Shown: positions 11,090-24,905, counted from the whole stretch's first letter. The stretch: 47,627 nt of DNA, filler included, from Jimgerdemannia flammicorona (GCA_003990765.1; 2 parts of 2 records of this genome joined end to end with filler, not necessarily neighbours in it), one strand, 5' to 3'. The notes: generated by a model from the letters alone, not told the origin. A program made the numbers and translations.

Positions 11090-12345
11090 AGTATCAGATC
11101 TATTATCAGATCTATAAGTAGTATAATATACAATATAAGTACTAGATATCTAAATAATGTGACTATATATCATAATTACCCTCATAGTTAGCTAGTTGCT
11201 ATGGAAACTATATAAATAGCACCAGATATCTAGATTAAGACAACTGAATTTCAAATATACTATACTTAAAGGTATAATATCCTGAGAGTATAGTAGAAGT
11301 CATATATCATATTTAGCTATACTGTGTATTATATAATTAACTAGATAGTAATCAGATACATAGTAACTACAACTATATAAAATACCTCAGAGATAAGAGT
11401 GAATAAACCTCAGTCTAAAAAGTCAAAAAAAAGTAGAAAGTCTTCTTTTCCCTAGTCAGGTTATAAAGATTGATTTATACATCTACTAGATAAGCTTAAA
11501 GAACTTAAAACATCTACCAGAAGTTTGAGTAAAGAACTTTGCCATGATTTTTAAGAAGTCTGCTATTTTGTCTCAAAGACAGTCTTTTAATACAACTTTG
11601 TAGTAAACTTGTTTATATAAATGAAGCCAGTCTTGATATAACTTTGTCAAGAATCTGAGTTATTATTTAAGAAGTCTGCTATTTTCAGAGAGCTTGCCTT
11701 AAGAAATCTTATATAAGTCAGTCTATCTGATGCAACTTTATAGTAAAGCTAGTCTATAATATAAGCCTGTATAAATGAAGTCAGTCTTAATGTAATTTAC
11801 TAAGAATTCCTGCCATCTGAATTATTCAAGTTATCTAAATTCTCATTATATGAGTTATCTGAGTTATGTATCTGCTATCCAAGTTATTTCCCAGAAACTC
11901 AATAATTGAGAAAGAATCCATATTATCCAAATTATCTAAGTTATAGTTATCTTAGTTATTAAGTTATCAGATATTTCTAGAGAGCCCAACAATTCAGAAG
12001 AATTAGTATTAAACTGAGTTATCTACTAAAAACTATATAAGGAATACTACTCAGATTATTACACCAGAAACCACATACTTTTGAAGATTATCACTATATA
12101 GAGATTATTATACAGAGATCATTACTACCTAAGAAGGAAACTGCTAAATTACCAGACTATCCTGGATAAGAAAACCACTATACTATATAAGACTATTATA
12201 CAGATTGCCTATACCATATACAAATTGCCACTATATCCAAGAACTGTTCTAATAAGAAAATTAACTATTAAATTCAGATTGACTACTATATCACTAAATA
12301 CTCAAGGATCTTAGAAATCTTAGAACATTTATTTGATTTTTGACA
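11090..12345 (+). repeat. Decayed LTR-like sequence (copy A)
   Basis: Shares blocks with 22260-22995 (CTATATAAAATA..AGAGATAAGAGTGAATAAAC..AGTCTAAAAA; AAGTTTGAGTAAAGAACTTT; TATATAAATGAAGCCAGTCTT). TATA box then AATAAA order; followed by a possible decayed PBS (TAGTAGC, ~12353). Confidence 0.5.
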
Positions 12346-12922
12346 AAGTAACTAGTAGCTTAAGCTAAACTACATTAACTTCCAATCTTATAATTTACCT
12401 CTATTGAGCCAGGTATATTATATTTCAGGGCTCAACTGAGAAGATTTCAAAATTAACATAATTTTTTAGCTTATAAAAACCCACAGTCAAACTAGAATAT
12501 TTGATACAATATCTATCTCTGTCACTACAGGAGAATCAGTCATTACTAGTATTTGGACAGAAAGAGAAGTAATTACTTCAAGACTTACCAACTACTCAGT
12601 ATTAGAAAGATCTCAATAGAAATCCAGCATAGTATAGAATTCACAGCCAGTACCAATAGCTTTATTACTAGATCAACTAGATCAACCAGAGTATATAAGT
12701 AGTTCTGTCAGATTCTTTGATGAGCTTATATAACAACTTGAAGATCTCATTGAATAAGCCTGATTTTCTATATGAGATCTATCAATTTTGTCCATTAAAC
12801 TTCTACCATCAGCTATTATAAAACAAGAAGATCAAGAAGTAGCTTCTTCAATAATACTCAGATCTATTTCATCTCAACCAAGATCTCCAACACTATTATC
12901 AGAATATCCAAGTATTCTGAAT

Positions 12923-15900
12923 ACCTTTCTCCTATAATTCACATTATACCAACTTTAAGCAATGGTTTTCAATACAACTCAGAGAAAAGATACTATAAAA
13001 ATATCATCAAGCAAGAGTTCTGATGGGTGTACTGGGTCAGGTAGACCTGGGGCATTTGGCTGGCAGAATGTGGGAAGAGGTTATGGCCTGGAAATGGGGG
13101 CCTTTGGAGGATCAAAGGATGGAGAATACTCTGATAGAGGATAAGTATCAGATGAGAAGGCCTGGCCCTTTTAGTTTTGTAGATAAGGTAAAGGTGAGTA
13201 GATGGCCAGCTGGAACTAGAGCTAGTGCTGCTGAGGGGAAGGGCAAGATGAGCATCAGAAGGGAGAGTGGTGCTTAGGTGGAAGATGCAAGCATAGGTAC
13301 TGAAGGGGCTAGGGTTGGGGGTGTTACTGTTGATGAGAGTGTAATGGAGAATTAGGAAAAAAAAAAGAAATGTAATAGCTGATGGTAAGATGGCACAGGG
13401 GTTTCTGATGTGGAAGGGGAATCTGGTGGATGGTATGATGGGACTGGCAGTAGCACTATTGCTCAAGAAGTCAATTTCGAAGTTTGCAGCCATCTTGTAC
13501 TTCTGGGGCTTGGCAGTGACAGCAAGGATGGTCCTGGGGCTTATCTTGAAGCAGATGGCTGGAGCTGCCTCAGTGAAGTTTCTGAAGGGTCTGGAGGAGG
13601 TTGAGGTGGGATTTGAGGAGGTGGGCTCACTGGAAGAGGCTCTGAAGACTAGAGTGGTAGTTGGAGAAGTAGTGGTCCCCATGGTGTGCTGTCTGAGGTG
13701 AGACCCCAGGGTAGTGCAGTTGCTGGTGAAGGGGGTGCCTACAGTGATGAAGAAAGAGACTAGGAGGAGGGTGGAGGAGGTGATGGTGGAGTATAGTAAT
13801 ATGGTGGATGTCAGCTTTCAGGTATGAGAGGGGACCTTCATCAGGATGGGTAATATGGATGTCCAAATTTGACTGGCTGGAAGAGAGGCCATGGGAAAGA
13901 CGAGTGACTGGCCCTCATTATTGATGTAGTGAGCTTTTATCTATAAGGTATCGAGAGTGAGAGGGAGTGAAGAGGAGGGGGAGGACTTGTTAGAGGCCCT
14001 AAAGAAGTTGAGTAGTGCTATTGAGTGAAGGGCAAAGGCCTGAAAATTGTATGAGAAGTTGAGACATCTGGAGATTATTGATGGGAAGTATATTTGCATA
14101 GATAAGAGGCAGTGGGAGAGGGCTCAAGAGTGCAGAAGGCAGAGGGAGTTGCTGGTGATATAGAAGAAGGGGCAAAGATAAAGGCTGAGGGCTCTGAGAA
14201 GTCTGAAGGAGTGGAGGCAAGTGTCTGGACTAGTAATAGAGATGGCAATAGGGAGGAGGACCTGAAAGGGGCTGAGAAGGTGACTCTCAAGGACCCATTT
14301 ACTGATGGTACATTTGAGGTCTGGAATCTGATCATAGATGATACTCTCCCTCTGATCAGGTGGAGTCTGACTGCGAGGGATTAGGTAGCAGAGGATGAGC
14401 TGATATGGGGTGCTCAGTGGGTATACTTTGGGATTTCTGATGTAGCAAAAGGAGGACAGGTAGTGGCCATTGGCAAGGATGAGCTGGTGGATGTCCCTGA
14501 GGAGAGATGGGATGAGACTACCAGTATAGGGGTAGATATCACAATGCTGAATACAGAACAGCCAGGGACACCTGGAGGAAAGAAGGTGGGAAATCTGCTA
14601 TAGATGAACAAGGTGATGGAAAGCCTCATAGCTGAGGAGTTGGGGGAAGTAGATCTGTGAGTGATGAGTGGGGAGCATTGGGCAGAGATTCTACATAGAG
14701 AGAGAGTGGTTGGGGTACTGAAGGCAGAGATCCTTGTAATTTTCCTGGAGAAGGAGGGATATGAGGTTGATAAGGTGAGAGAGGCAGAGCTGGCAGTTGT
14801 TACTGGTGAGCAGGCTGCCTATTATTGGGCTGAGTATTATAATTTGCAACTCTGGCAGAAGGCATGTCTGAAGAATTTTAAGAACTTTAAGGAAAAGGAG
14901 GATGGGACAATGGCTGAACTTCAGGAAGGGTTGGAGGCACAGATGACTGAAGAGAAGGGACTGGCTGCAGAACATAACTTGGATATAGCACAAGAGGAGT
15001 TAAATGTGGATTTATAAAGGATGAAATTGATAATCAATATTATTTCCAATGAACAGTATAACTAATATTTTATCTCTGAATGTGAATGGATTGCAGGGTT
15101 CTGGGTGGTGTAAGAACATTTTTACTTGGCTTAAAAGATTGGAGGGTGATCTCTTTTTACTACAGAATGTCCAGTGTGAGAATGAAGAAGAGCAGATAGA
15201 GTGGACTAGAGAATAGAGAGAAGCTACTGCTTGGATTGGCAAATTAGCAATTCTGATAAGAAAGAGTAGAGGAGATTTGGGTAGAATCAGGAGCTGGAGT
15301 GACTGCTTGGTATGAGGAGAGTGATATAGACCTGAGTGGGAATTAGTAAAGGTTGGCTCCTGCTACTGCCCTGTGGTTAGGGGTGAGTGGATTGAGTAGA
15401 TTAGAGATCTTTTAGAGGAGGGCATTCTCTTAGAGGAAGGTATCAATATTCTGAGAGGTGACTTTAATATGGTGTGGGATCTACAGTTAGATAGAACTGA
15501 TAGAGGAAGGAGTGTGGGCAGGAGGAGTGGTGGTCTGAATAAATGGGAGGAGGTGGAGAACCTTAGCTCCTTAGGAGATATAGATAGAACATGTTGGGGT
15601 AACAGGAGAGTCTATATGCACTGGGTAAATGGGTTAGATATGAGGATTGACTAGATTCTGACAGCTGAATATTGGGGTATTGATGTTTGGAGGACTCTAG
15701 AGGTGGAGTAGTGTCTATGGTCTGATTACTGGGGGCTGTTGGGATAGGGACAGTTTGGGGGGAGTGGAGATGGACTCAGACATTGGTATCTTAACTCCTC
15801 TCTGCTGGCTGAGAAGGGGTTGTAGGACCCATGGGTGGAGGAAATCTAAGTGAAGATCACTCACTAGATATATAAGGATTTGTCTGTAGGTGCCTACTGG

Positions 15901-18900
15901 ATAAGGCTACAATGGTGTATTGGAGAGGAGCTGGTAGGGAGACTGAGAGACAGCAAAGGAAAAAAGTGAGGTGTACTTCTAATAGGCTGATTAGATTGTA
16001 GATGGAATGGGCTAATTTGCTTTTTTCTGAAGAGGTGGAGTATTGGAGGTTAGAGAGAGTAAAATTGGAGGTGGGGAAGTTGTAACAGATACTGAGAGAG
16101 GAGGAGGAGATTCATATAAAAGGAATGGCTGCCAGACTACAGTAGCAGGGGCTTGAGAAGAGAGAGCAGCCTACTAGGTACTTATCTAGGCTTCTCTAAG
16201 CTAAAAGAGTACAACATCAATAGGATGAGGTCTTTGATGCTGAGGGGGAAATGGTGCATAGTATGCAACAGATCTTAGAGATACTAGAGATAGAGAGGTC
16301 TGTAGAGTGAGGAGGAAGTGAATGTAGATAAAGGAGTGATTGGTGATATGCTGGAGGAGTGGGATCTACTACAAGTAAAGAGACTTAGTGACCTAATTGT
16401 ATCAGTCCAAGAGGAGGAGATCCAGAAAGTCCTTACAGCAACCAAGCTTGGAAGAGTACCGAGAGAAGATGGGTTAGCTTCATTAGGTCACAGCTGGAAT
16501 ATGGCCTTTCCTTTCTATAAGCATTCTGTCTGACTATTACTATGGGCTTCAGATATTGAAGCATCCTAAACAGGTCTTTGATAATACTGTCACTTGGGCA
16601 GTCAGGTTCTCTAGCCATTCCTTGCTTGACAGTTTAATCCTTGGTCTCCCTTCCTTCCTTCATCATACATTAGACCTCTGCTGTATGTTGTAAGCTGATC
16701 TGGATTAGTGTAGTAAGTCTGGCAACAACCCTATCAGCCCCTTTAACAAGCACTTTATCACACATCCCCCAGGTTCTAACATTTACAAGTTCTGACATTA
16801 GACCTCTTGGCTTGACTTTCTCAACTGGTACTAGGACCTTTGTCTCCAGGTCTGTAAGACTTGCTTGCTCTGCTTCTTTCTTCAGTCATTCCTCTGGAAC
16901 CAGCTGCTACAGGAATCAATCTCCTCCTCCTAGGCTCTTATTCAGTACATCACTTCTAAGAGCTGTTTATGGTCTTGGGGTACTGACTGCATTCTCTTCT
17001 TCTCCCCCAAGCTTGTACATTCTACTCTCACCTGGTGTTATGGCTACTTTGGCCAGCCCTACTTCTGCTCCTGTAGAGATAAGTTTCATCATAGATATTT
17101 TCTCAGGTGCAGTCTTCTCAACAGTTTCTATTCCACCTTCTGAGGCAATTCCAATTATAATGAATAGCTCAATTGGTTTACCAGTGATGAATGACAGGAA
17201 GAACTTTGTACATACTCTCTTCACACTCTTCATGAGATAGTCTACCACACTATCAACACTATGTGTAATTCTGGTAGCTATCTCACAGTTAGGTTCTACC
17301 TAACTGAGATTATAAAGATGCTTAATTGATTGAGTAATTACATATTTTCTTTATTTTTTTCTTTTCCCTCATTTGTCTTAGTTGGTTTCCTTATAGTTAA
17401 GAGGACATTAGTTATATATCTCATATTAGCTATTTGGTATTTAGGTGTTGATATTGTTCCTATAATAGGAACTGGGCATTTGTATATTTTACTTTAGCCT
17501 CTCTCTTCTTTGCTTTCTATATTTATTATCTTTATAGTTATAACAAAATAGGTTTATCTAGTCGATCTCTAGGGTGGTTACCTCTCTGATCTTTATTTGT
17601 TCTTCTTAGCTAGTTGTTTACTTTGCTGACCTCTTTTTTGCTTTTTGTGTCTCAGCAATACTAAGCCATCCTTGTCTTGCAACAAGCTGGACAGCTTTTC
17701 CTTGACTACTTTCCTTTTCTCATCTTAGGAGTCTTTGCTATTTATTGCTCTGATGTATCTTATCTTCTTTACAATGAATAAATCCTTACTTGAAGCCTAA
17801 CTCTAATCTTCTGACTTGACTTTCTCAACTGGTACTAGGACCTTTGTCCCCAGATCTGTGAGACTTGCTTGCTCTTGTCTTTCTTCAGTTGTTCCTCCAG
17901 GACTAGCTACTTTTGGAATGGGCCTCCTCCTCCCAGGCTCACATTCAGTATATCACTCCTAAAGACTATTTATAGTCTAATAGAGATGACGACATCCTCT
18001 TCTTCCCAGCTTATGCATTCTGCTATTATAGCTACTTTGACCAACTCTACTCCTGCTCTTGTTGAGATAAGTTTCATTGTAGTTATCTCCTCAGGTGCAG
18101 TCTTCTCAATAGTTTATATTCTACCTTCTGAGGTATTTTTGTTCTTGATGACTAGCTTGATTGTTTATCAGTAATAAATGATAGGAGGAACTTCACACCT
18201 ACTCCCTTCATACTCTCAATGAGATAGTCTACTATGCTATTGATGCCATGTATAATTCTGGTAGCCATTTTGCAGTTGTGTTCTACCTGACCAAGATCAC
18301 AAAGATGCTTGAGTGATTAAGTGATCACACATTTTCTTTATTTTTTTCTTCTCACTCATTTATCTCAATTGGTTTCTTTGTTGATGAGAATACATTGGGA
18401 TATATATCTCATGTTAGTTATTTGGTATTTGGGTTTCAATATTATTCCTATAGTTGATACTGAGCATTTGTATATTATATCTTAGCTTCTCTTTTCTTGC
18501 TTTTTGTATTTATTATTCTTATAGCTATAATAAAATGGTTTATCCAGCCCATCCCTAGAATGGTCACCTCTCTGGTCTTTATTTTGTTCTTTTTAGCTAG
18601 TTGTCTACTTCACTGCTCTCTTTTTGCTTTTTGCATCCTAGCCTTACTAAGTCATTATTATCTCATGATAGTCTGGATGCTTTTCCTTTTCTCATCTTAT
18701 TAGTCTTTGCTGTTTATTGCTTCAATATATCTATCTTATCTATAAATGAATTCTTACTTAAAGCCTAGCCCTAACCCTCATCAGAGATGGTACAGCTTAG
18801 GTTCATAATATTATTGAAAGGACTTAAGCCTATAGGCTGGATGGGAAATTGGTCTTCCTAGATTAAGAGTAGGCCTATAACTGTGTCTGGCAGGTTTGGT

Positions 18901-20764
18901 CAGTAAGAGTACTGGATAGGATTAGAGTCCTCTAGCAGTTCTGAGTTTTAATGCTCAGTCTACTAGATGGGAGTAGTGCAGTACTCATATATAAGTAGCA
19001 TTCTCTCTAGATAGAGATATTCACTAGAAGAACTTATAGTTCTCTATTTTATATACTCTATCCTTAGGGTATTGATGGATAGAATAGAGTACAAGATAGT
19101 TGCACTCTTTGTATTTGAAATTATTAGGAAGATTGGAGTCTTTATAAAAGATATATAGGTAGGCCTTAGGTCAATTGCTGATATAGAAACTCTTCAGAAG
19201 ACAGTAGAGTAGTATGAGGTATACTCTGGAGTGAAACTCAATTGGTATAAGTGTGAAATGATGGTGTTAGGCAATAGTATGGTGGGAGGAGATATTATTG
19301 GAATAATTGTCCTTATTAGAGATACTATATGATCCTTAGACATCTTTCTCTCTGACTATAGATCTGTTCAGTTTAGGATTTGATAGAAGTAGAGTGTGAC
19401 TATTTGGGGTGAGACTCTGTAGAGCTGGAGAGGCCCTAATATATCTTTAGTATGCTATATTTCAATCTTGAATATTTACTGGCTTCTAATACTATAGCAT
19501 TTGGCATATTACTATTACTTGAGCTTTCTAATCTAGGTAGTAAAGAGACTTTTGAAGCTAGCCAAAGACTGAATCTGGGCTGGGAGAAGAAGTCAGATTA
19601 GTTGAAAGATTCTGTCATTATCTATAGAAAGAGGAGATCTTAGGCTAGTTGACTTCTCAAAGAGACTTTATTATCTAAGAGAATGGTAGCTAAAGAGAGC
19701 TATAGAACTGAGAGGGAGTAGCTGGGTACCTCTGATGCAAAAGGTCTAGAAGTGAGATTTTCTACAAGAGACTTATCTAGAGATCTATATTTCTTGGCTG
19801 GGCTTAGAAGTAGTGAGTGAATATAGTATAAGAGTTTCTGGTGGGAGATAGTTGATAGAGTGCACTATATTAGTCTTTGCTGACAAGGAGCTGAGAGAGA
19901 AATACCATGGAGTCTAGTAATATAGAGATGGAACTATATATTACTGAGAATACTCTACTGATTGACTTCAATATTGATAATAGAATAGAGTTCCTGAGAG
20001 GGTTAGGACAGGATTCATGGCCTAGTAGCTGGTAGATAGTAGATATTGGAGAGGAGTGAGAATGAAATAGAATCTGGACATGGAGTATGAGATATAGTAT
20101 CAAATATGTCTAAGTTCTAAATAGTATAAAGGTGCTTACTAAGAAGGAATATCATACTCAACTTCTACTTAGGCCATCTTATAGAGGGGAGACAATTTGA
20201 ATGTAAAGAGTGCTATAATATAGGTTAAAATGGATTTTGCACAGATGCCAGAATATTGACTTAGAGAGTGTAAGGTATTTAGAGACTTTTGATTAATAGT
20301 TAAGACTTAACTAGAACTGGTGAGGAGAGGAATTGATGAGCAAGATAGATGGAGAGACCTGAGAGATAAATTGGTAGGTGGAAATAAAATTAAGTAGCTT
20401 ACAGTTAGATGGGCTTTAGCTATATAGATGGAACTAGCTAGACACTGATTATTTGTTTTTGAGGAGAGAAGGCAATTGAGTTTGAGAGAAAAACTGATAA
20501 GATAAGAAGAATTGATGGTAGATGTGTTTATATTAGTGGCTGAGATGGATCTACAGTGAAGTCATCAGTAATACTTAGTTGAGAAGATCTGTGGGTAGAG
20601 TTGAGAGAGGATTATAGTAGCAGATAGTAAGGAGGTCTTCAAGTATGAGAGTTTAGAGAGAGCCCATCTAGGGGGATCAGATAAAAGGCTGAATAGTGGG
20701 CTGTGATACTGTATTAATTGAATAGACTGATAATAAATAGTAAAGTTCAAGAGAAAAAAAAAAA
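12923..20764 (+). mobile_element. L1/Tx1-like LINE, family A copy 1: both ends present, decayed, interrupted at 16481-18777
   Basis: ORF1 remnants 12962-15017 are homologous to 32.9-34.95 kb. ORF2 from ATG 15049 has SLNVNGL, GDFN, RID, WSDY, EDGL, RT remnants and a C-terminal Cys motif. Poly(A) at 20754-20764. Confidence 0.9.
16481..18777 (-). mobile_element. Non-LINE insertion containing a ~1-kb tandem duplication; probable decayed gag-like fragment
   Basis: LINE homology stops after EDGL (16480) and resumes at IRDG (~18779). Units 16811-17810 and 17815-18777 both start CTTGACTTTCTCAACTGGTACTAGGACCTTTGTC. Minus-strand TGT TAT AAC TAT AAA GAT AAT AAA TAT could be a decayed C-x2-C-x4-H knuckle. 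Confidence 0.55.
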
Positions 20765-20789
20765 TAATAAATTATATTATTAGATAATA

Positions 20790-21515
20790 TTTTTCAGAGA
20801 TAGAGAGTAGATATAATTAGACTTTTATATACTAGTTATATTAAGAAAGAATAAATATAATAGTATTGGTAGAACATCTGACCAAATGGTCCAAAGCTTT
20901 CTCAAGATATCTTAACTATTATTAGTTTTCACTATAGACTTATACTTAGATATAGACTTTTAGAAAATCATATTACTAACTAAGGTATAGAATTGATTAA
21001 TAATATAATTATAAGTTATTTCAGTCAAATAGTATAATTGAATAAATAAATCAAACTATTAAGAAAGAACTTATCTAAATTAATTCTACAAACTGAGAAC
21101 TTTGCTTATCTGAGGTTCTATAGGAAATTTAGATTATCTCTACTATCTCTGCTAAATTAAAGCTATTTGAGATAATATTTATTAAAAATCTTAGAATTTC
21201 TAATTATGAGAACCTTAGAGACCTCATCAAAAAGATAGAATAATTTTATTATTTAGTCTGAGCTCAGATAATTGAGACTTAAGATAGATAAATGAAGTAC
21301 TATAATCAGAAATAGAAAGATCAGAAGATCAAAATTAAAGATCAAGTACTAGTCTGAAAAAGTATAATTGAAATAAATTTTACTTTCAATTTAGTGCTTA
21401 AATAGAAAGGACCTTATATTGTATATAATATCAGAGTAACCAGTATCTATTTAAGAAGTATAGATAGATGACCTCTCAGAATATTAATAAATATTAATTA
21501 TCTCAAGCTATATCT
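20790..21515 (+). pseudogene. Decayed Ty3/Gypsy integrase (rve core plus GPY/F module)
   Basis: IIVLVEHLTKWSKAF, ITN*GIE (ITDQGTE-like), QSNSIIE*INQTIKKEL, K*KGPYIV, ININYLKLY in the expected order. Confidence 0.75.
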
Positions 21516-22049
21516 CTTTTTTTACTATTAATCAAAAGTTTGATCAGTATCTCCTGATCTTTATTTTTAACTTCTTCAAAGCTCTACTTATTCTCCTATC
21601 TACTAAAAGAAATGCTAATGCAATTAATTCAAAAATACTAAGAAACTCTTATTATCACTTAGAACTTATTGTATATCTACAATCTACAGATCTTCTATGA
21701 TATCAGATAACTACTATATAAATAACTACATATAAGAGAACCAAATAGTACAACTTATCAAGAAATTCAAACTATAAAAAGGCTCTATATTTTATATAAA
21801 TAAAATGAAGGAGCTCTGTTATAAGTTCACTTATATCTAACTGATATTTATCAGATAAATAATATGATCTTTCAGAGTATTCTTCAATAAGTAGACATCC
21901 TATTCTCTGAAGAATACAAGGAAGATTCAGAATTAGATTAGAGTGACTCTGCTTCAATGAAGATAATAGTACTGGTATTAATACAGAAGATACTTATATC
22001 TATTAGAATAATATCTAAAAGATAGTCTATAGATAAACTATTCTTTAGT

Positions 22050-22995
22050 AGAGGCTGATATAATATTTAAAATATTATAGAATAACTAGATAATATAAAA
22101 CCCATAGTTACTCTATTATTGCAGAAATTGTATAAATAACCTAATTGCAAGGAAAGAAAATAAATAATAAATATCTACTAGATAGGTGATATCTACTATA
22201 TAATATATAGTAGATATCTACTGTTATCAATTATCTATCATAAAATAGTAAAATCTATAGTTAGCTATATAGTAACCAGATATTAACCAATCTATATAAA
22301 ATATTTTAGAGATAAGAGTGAATAAACTATAGTCTAAAAATCAAATACAAAGCCAATTATCTTATATACTTAGGAGGAGAATCTGTTAAAGAACTACTGC
22401 TAAGAAGTTATGAGCTTTCTTTTCTCACTCTAGTCTACTTTCTGATATAAAGTCTGAAAAATCTATCAAGGATAAGTAAAGAACTTTGCTATTATTTAAG
22501 TAATCTGCCAAGTTTGAGTAAAGAACTTTACCATCATTTGAGTAATCTAATACTTAAGAAAAAGTCACCATTTTTAAGAGAAGTTCATCTTATAACAAAG
22601 TTAGTCTCTTTAATATAACTTTATATGAAGCTAGTTTCTCAATATAATTTTATATAAATGAAGCCAGTCTTTAATATAACTTTACTAGAAAGAGAATCTA
22701 AGTTATCTACTATACTTTGTTATACTTACCAGATAAATCCAGAAGTCTACTGATTCAGAAAGAATCTATATTACTATTAATTTTCAATTAATCTATATTA
22801 TCTAATATTTTTAAGTAATCTGAGAATCTGCATTATTTGCCATTTTGAGAAATCTATATAAGAAAGTCCTTTAAGATCATCATATAGATATTAATATGAA
22901 TTATCACACTATTATATAGAAATCACATAAAGAAACTTACTTACTAAGATTATTATATATATAAATCATTGCTATACCCAAGACTATTCTAATGG
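22050..22995 (+). repeat. Decayed LTR-like sequence (copy B), probably the 3' LTR of the integrase-bearing relic
   Basis: Block homology with 11090-12265; lies downstream of the integrase remnant; left boundary uncertain. Confidence 0.5.
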
Positions 22996-23282
22996 TTACA
23001 GTCAGATATAATGTTAAATTCTGCAGATTTCTCTTGTAAAATTAGAAGAATATGATTTTGGGAGAATTTCTTACTTAGAAAATATCTGAACCCAAATAAT
23101 ACCATATCTACTATTACTAACTACATGCTTATCATATTGTTAGTACTTATAGTATCAATAAATAACCTTCTTTTATTGACCATGGCAGTGACTGTAGCCT
23201 CTTACTTACCACCTATATTAAACTCTCATAGGCTGGACCAACCTAAGTTTACAGTTTGGTTCTGAGAAATTCTACTTACTAT

Positions 23283-23759
23283 TGTAACGTAGCAGACGCT
23301 TACTCTTGAAAGTACGTCGGATTTCTGTATCTTGAAAACTTGACTGTTCTGACTCTCGCAGAGTCTCTTGAAGTGGCAGGGGAAGGGTGGGTGAGTTCGA
23401 AGTGTATCTGCCCGCAGGCTTACTAGTTCCTTTGCTATCTCTTTGCTTTGAACTATTTCGATCTGAGGTTTATTCACTCAAAGATACTGGGTTATTTATA
23501 CAAGTTTGCTAGCTATGAGAGGGTGGCTAAGTAATAAATGAGTCATTTGGACTTTGTCGAAACATTTGGACAATGTCTAAATGCTATACTAAATCGGGGT
23601 ATTTGATTTGGATAATGTCTAAAATTTAGACAATGTCTAAGAATTTAGACAATGTCAAAATCGAGGACTGCTAACTATGATGCTATACTACTTTGGGAAT
23701 GGGTGCGATCAAGTGTCTATTCCCTATTTCCTTCTTCCAAATCTGGCTGTACCGTCACA
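23283..23759 (-). mobile_element. Relatively young 477-bp LTR; probably the 3' LTR of a minus-strand element running off the contig end
   Basis: TGTAACG...CGTCACA termini (TG..CA, imperfect inverted repeat). Minus-strand TATAAATA then AATAAA. Purine run AGGAGGAAG immediately upstream on the minus strand (PPT-like). ~18-bp TTRGACAATGTCTAA repeats at 23545-23660. CpGs retained. Confidence 0.7.
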
Positions 23760-23771
23760 ACTTCCTCCTGA

Positions 23772-23871
23772 NNNNNNNNNNNNNNNNNNNNNNNNNNNNN
23801 NNNNNNNNNNNNNNNTTAATTAATTAANNNNNNNNNNNNNNNNNNNNNNNNNNNNNNNNNNNNNNNNNNNN
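23772..23871. other. Artificial contig-joining linker / assembly gap
   Basis: 44 N + TTAATTAATTAA (stops in all six frames) + 44 N = exactly 100 bp. Confidence 0.97.
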
Positions 23872-23880
23872 AAAAAAAAA

Positions 23881-24240
23881 AATTAACTAGTTACTAGTGG
23901 GAGAATACTGAGATAATATATTGAATAAGATAGATATCCAGTAGTATCTCTGGTCAGATTATTGAGAAGTAGAGGCTAGAGGTACTTTTCAGATGATCAA
24001 GAGTAGTAGAGGTTAATGGTATCTAAATGTAGAATTATTAAAAGAAAAGACTAAGAGAGATAAATTCATTATATTAGTTCAAAAGAAGATAGAAAGGTAG
24101 AATATAAAGAAAAAACAGTAAAAGAATAGTGAAGAAGCTTCAAATACCTAACAGATACTTACTAGAGAGATATGAGAGAGATGGTAGAAAAAAAGAGAAA
24201 GAATAAGGAGAAATAAGTTGATAAAGAACTATATTATCTC
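23881..24240 (+). mobile_element. Decayed LINE ORF2 fragment (end of endonuclease domain), family B-like
   Basis: Aligns with ~40849-41200 (TGGTCAGATTATTGAGAAGTAGAGG vs TGGTCAGATCACTGGGGTGTAGAGG; W-x-LNV-x-LL). Confidence 0.65.
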
Positions 24241-24259
24241 TGTAAAAGATATGAACTTA

Positions 24260-24905
24260 AAAAACTTGGCTCCAGCTATCTTAATGCTAAGAATCTTAAG
24301 AACTTTCCTCACAGTTAGTACAAGTCTCAGGAAATTTACTGATACTGTCTATATAGATATTAATTTATAGAAAATAGATCTTACTACTAGTTCTCTAATT
24401 CCTATCACTAAGATATTATCTCTACCTTTTTTGGCTCTCAAAGTTATACTAGTTATATTACTAGTTACTTTCTTCTATACTATAGTTTCAATACCAACTA
24501 CTAACTCAGCTGCTAGATTTGTATTCATCTTTTATCTCCTACTAGTTATCTGATTTATTATCTGATCTCTCTTTCTATTAATATTATTTCTCTTCTTTAT
24601 ATCATCTATCTATATTCTCTTATCTCTCCTATATTTCCTCTCTTCTTCTGAATTCTCCTAAATCAGTAGTTATGATATAGCTCCTAGAGAACTTAAGTTC
24701 TGGTTCTCTTCTCTTTAATAGCTCTAATTTTATTTAAGTTGCCATTCTCCAAAAATATTACCAAATTATACTAAACTAGTTCAAGTATATAGCTAGACTC
24801 CTTAGTTGTCTTATATATTACTATTTACTAAAAAGTATTATATAGCTTAGTTGTCTCTATTTGGTTTAAGTAAGAAGAGTCTATCTAGTTATAAAGGAGT
24901 ATCTA
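24260..24905 (-). mobile_element. Decayed 5' end (5'UTR plus ORF1 start) of a family-B LINE
   Basis: Reverse complement aligns with ~38190-38920 (GGAGTCTAGCTA; GAACTRGTRGT..TTCYAYAAAT..; AAYTTYYTGRGRCT). Confidence 0.7.

Noticed and set aside
23816..23827. Palindromic TTAATTAATTAA as a biological site
   Set aside because: Centre of an artificial N-linker.
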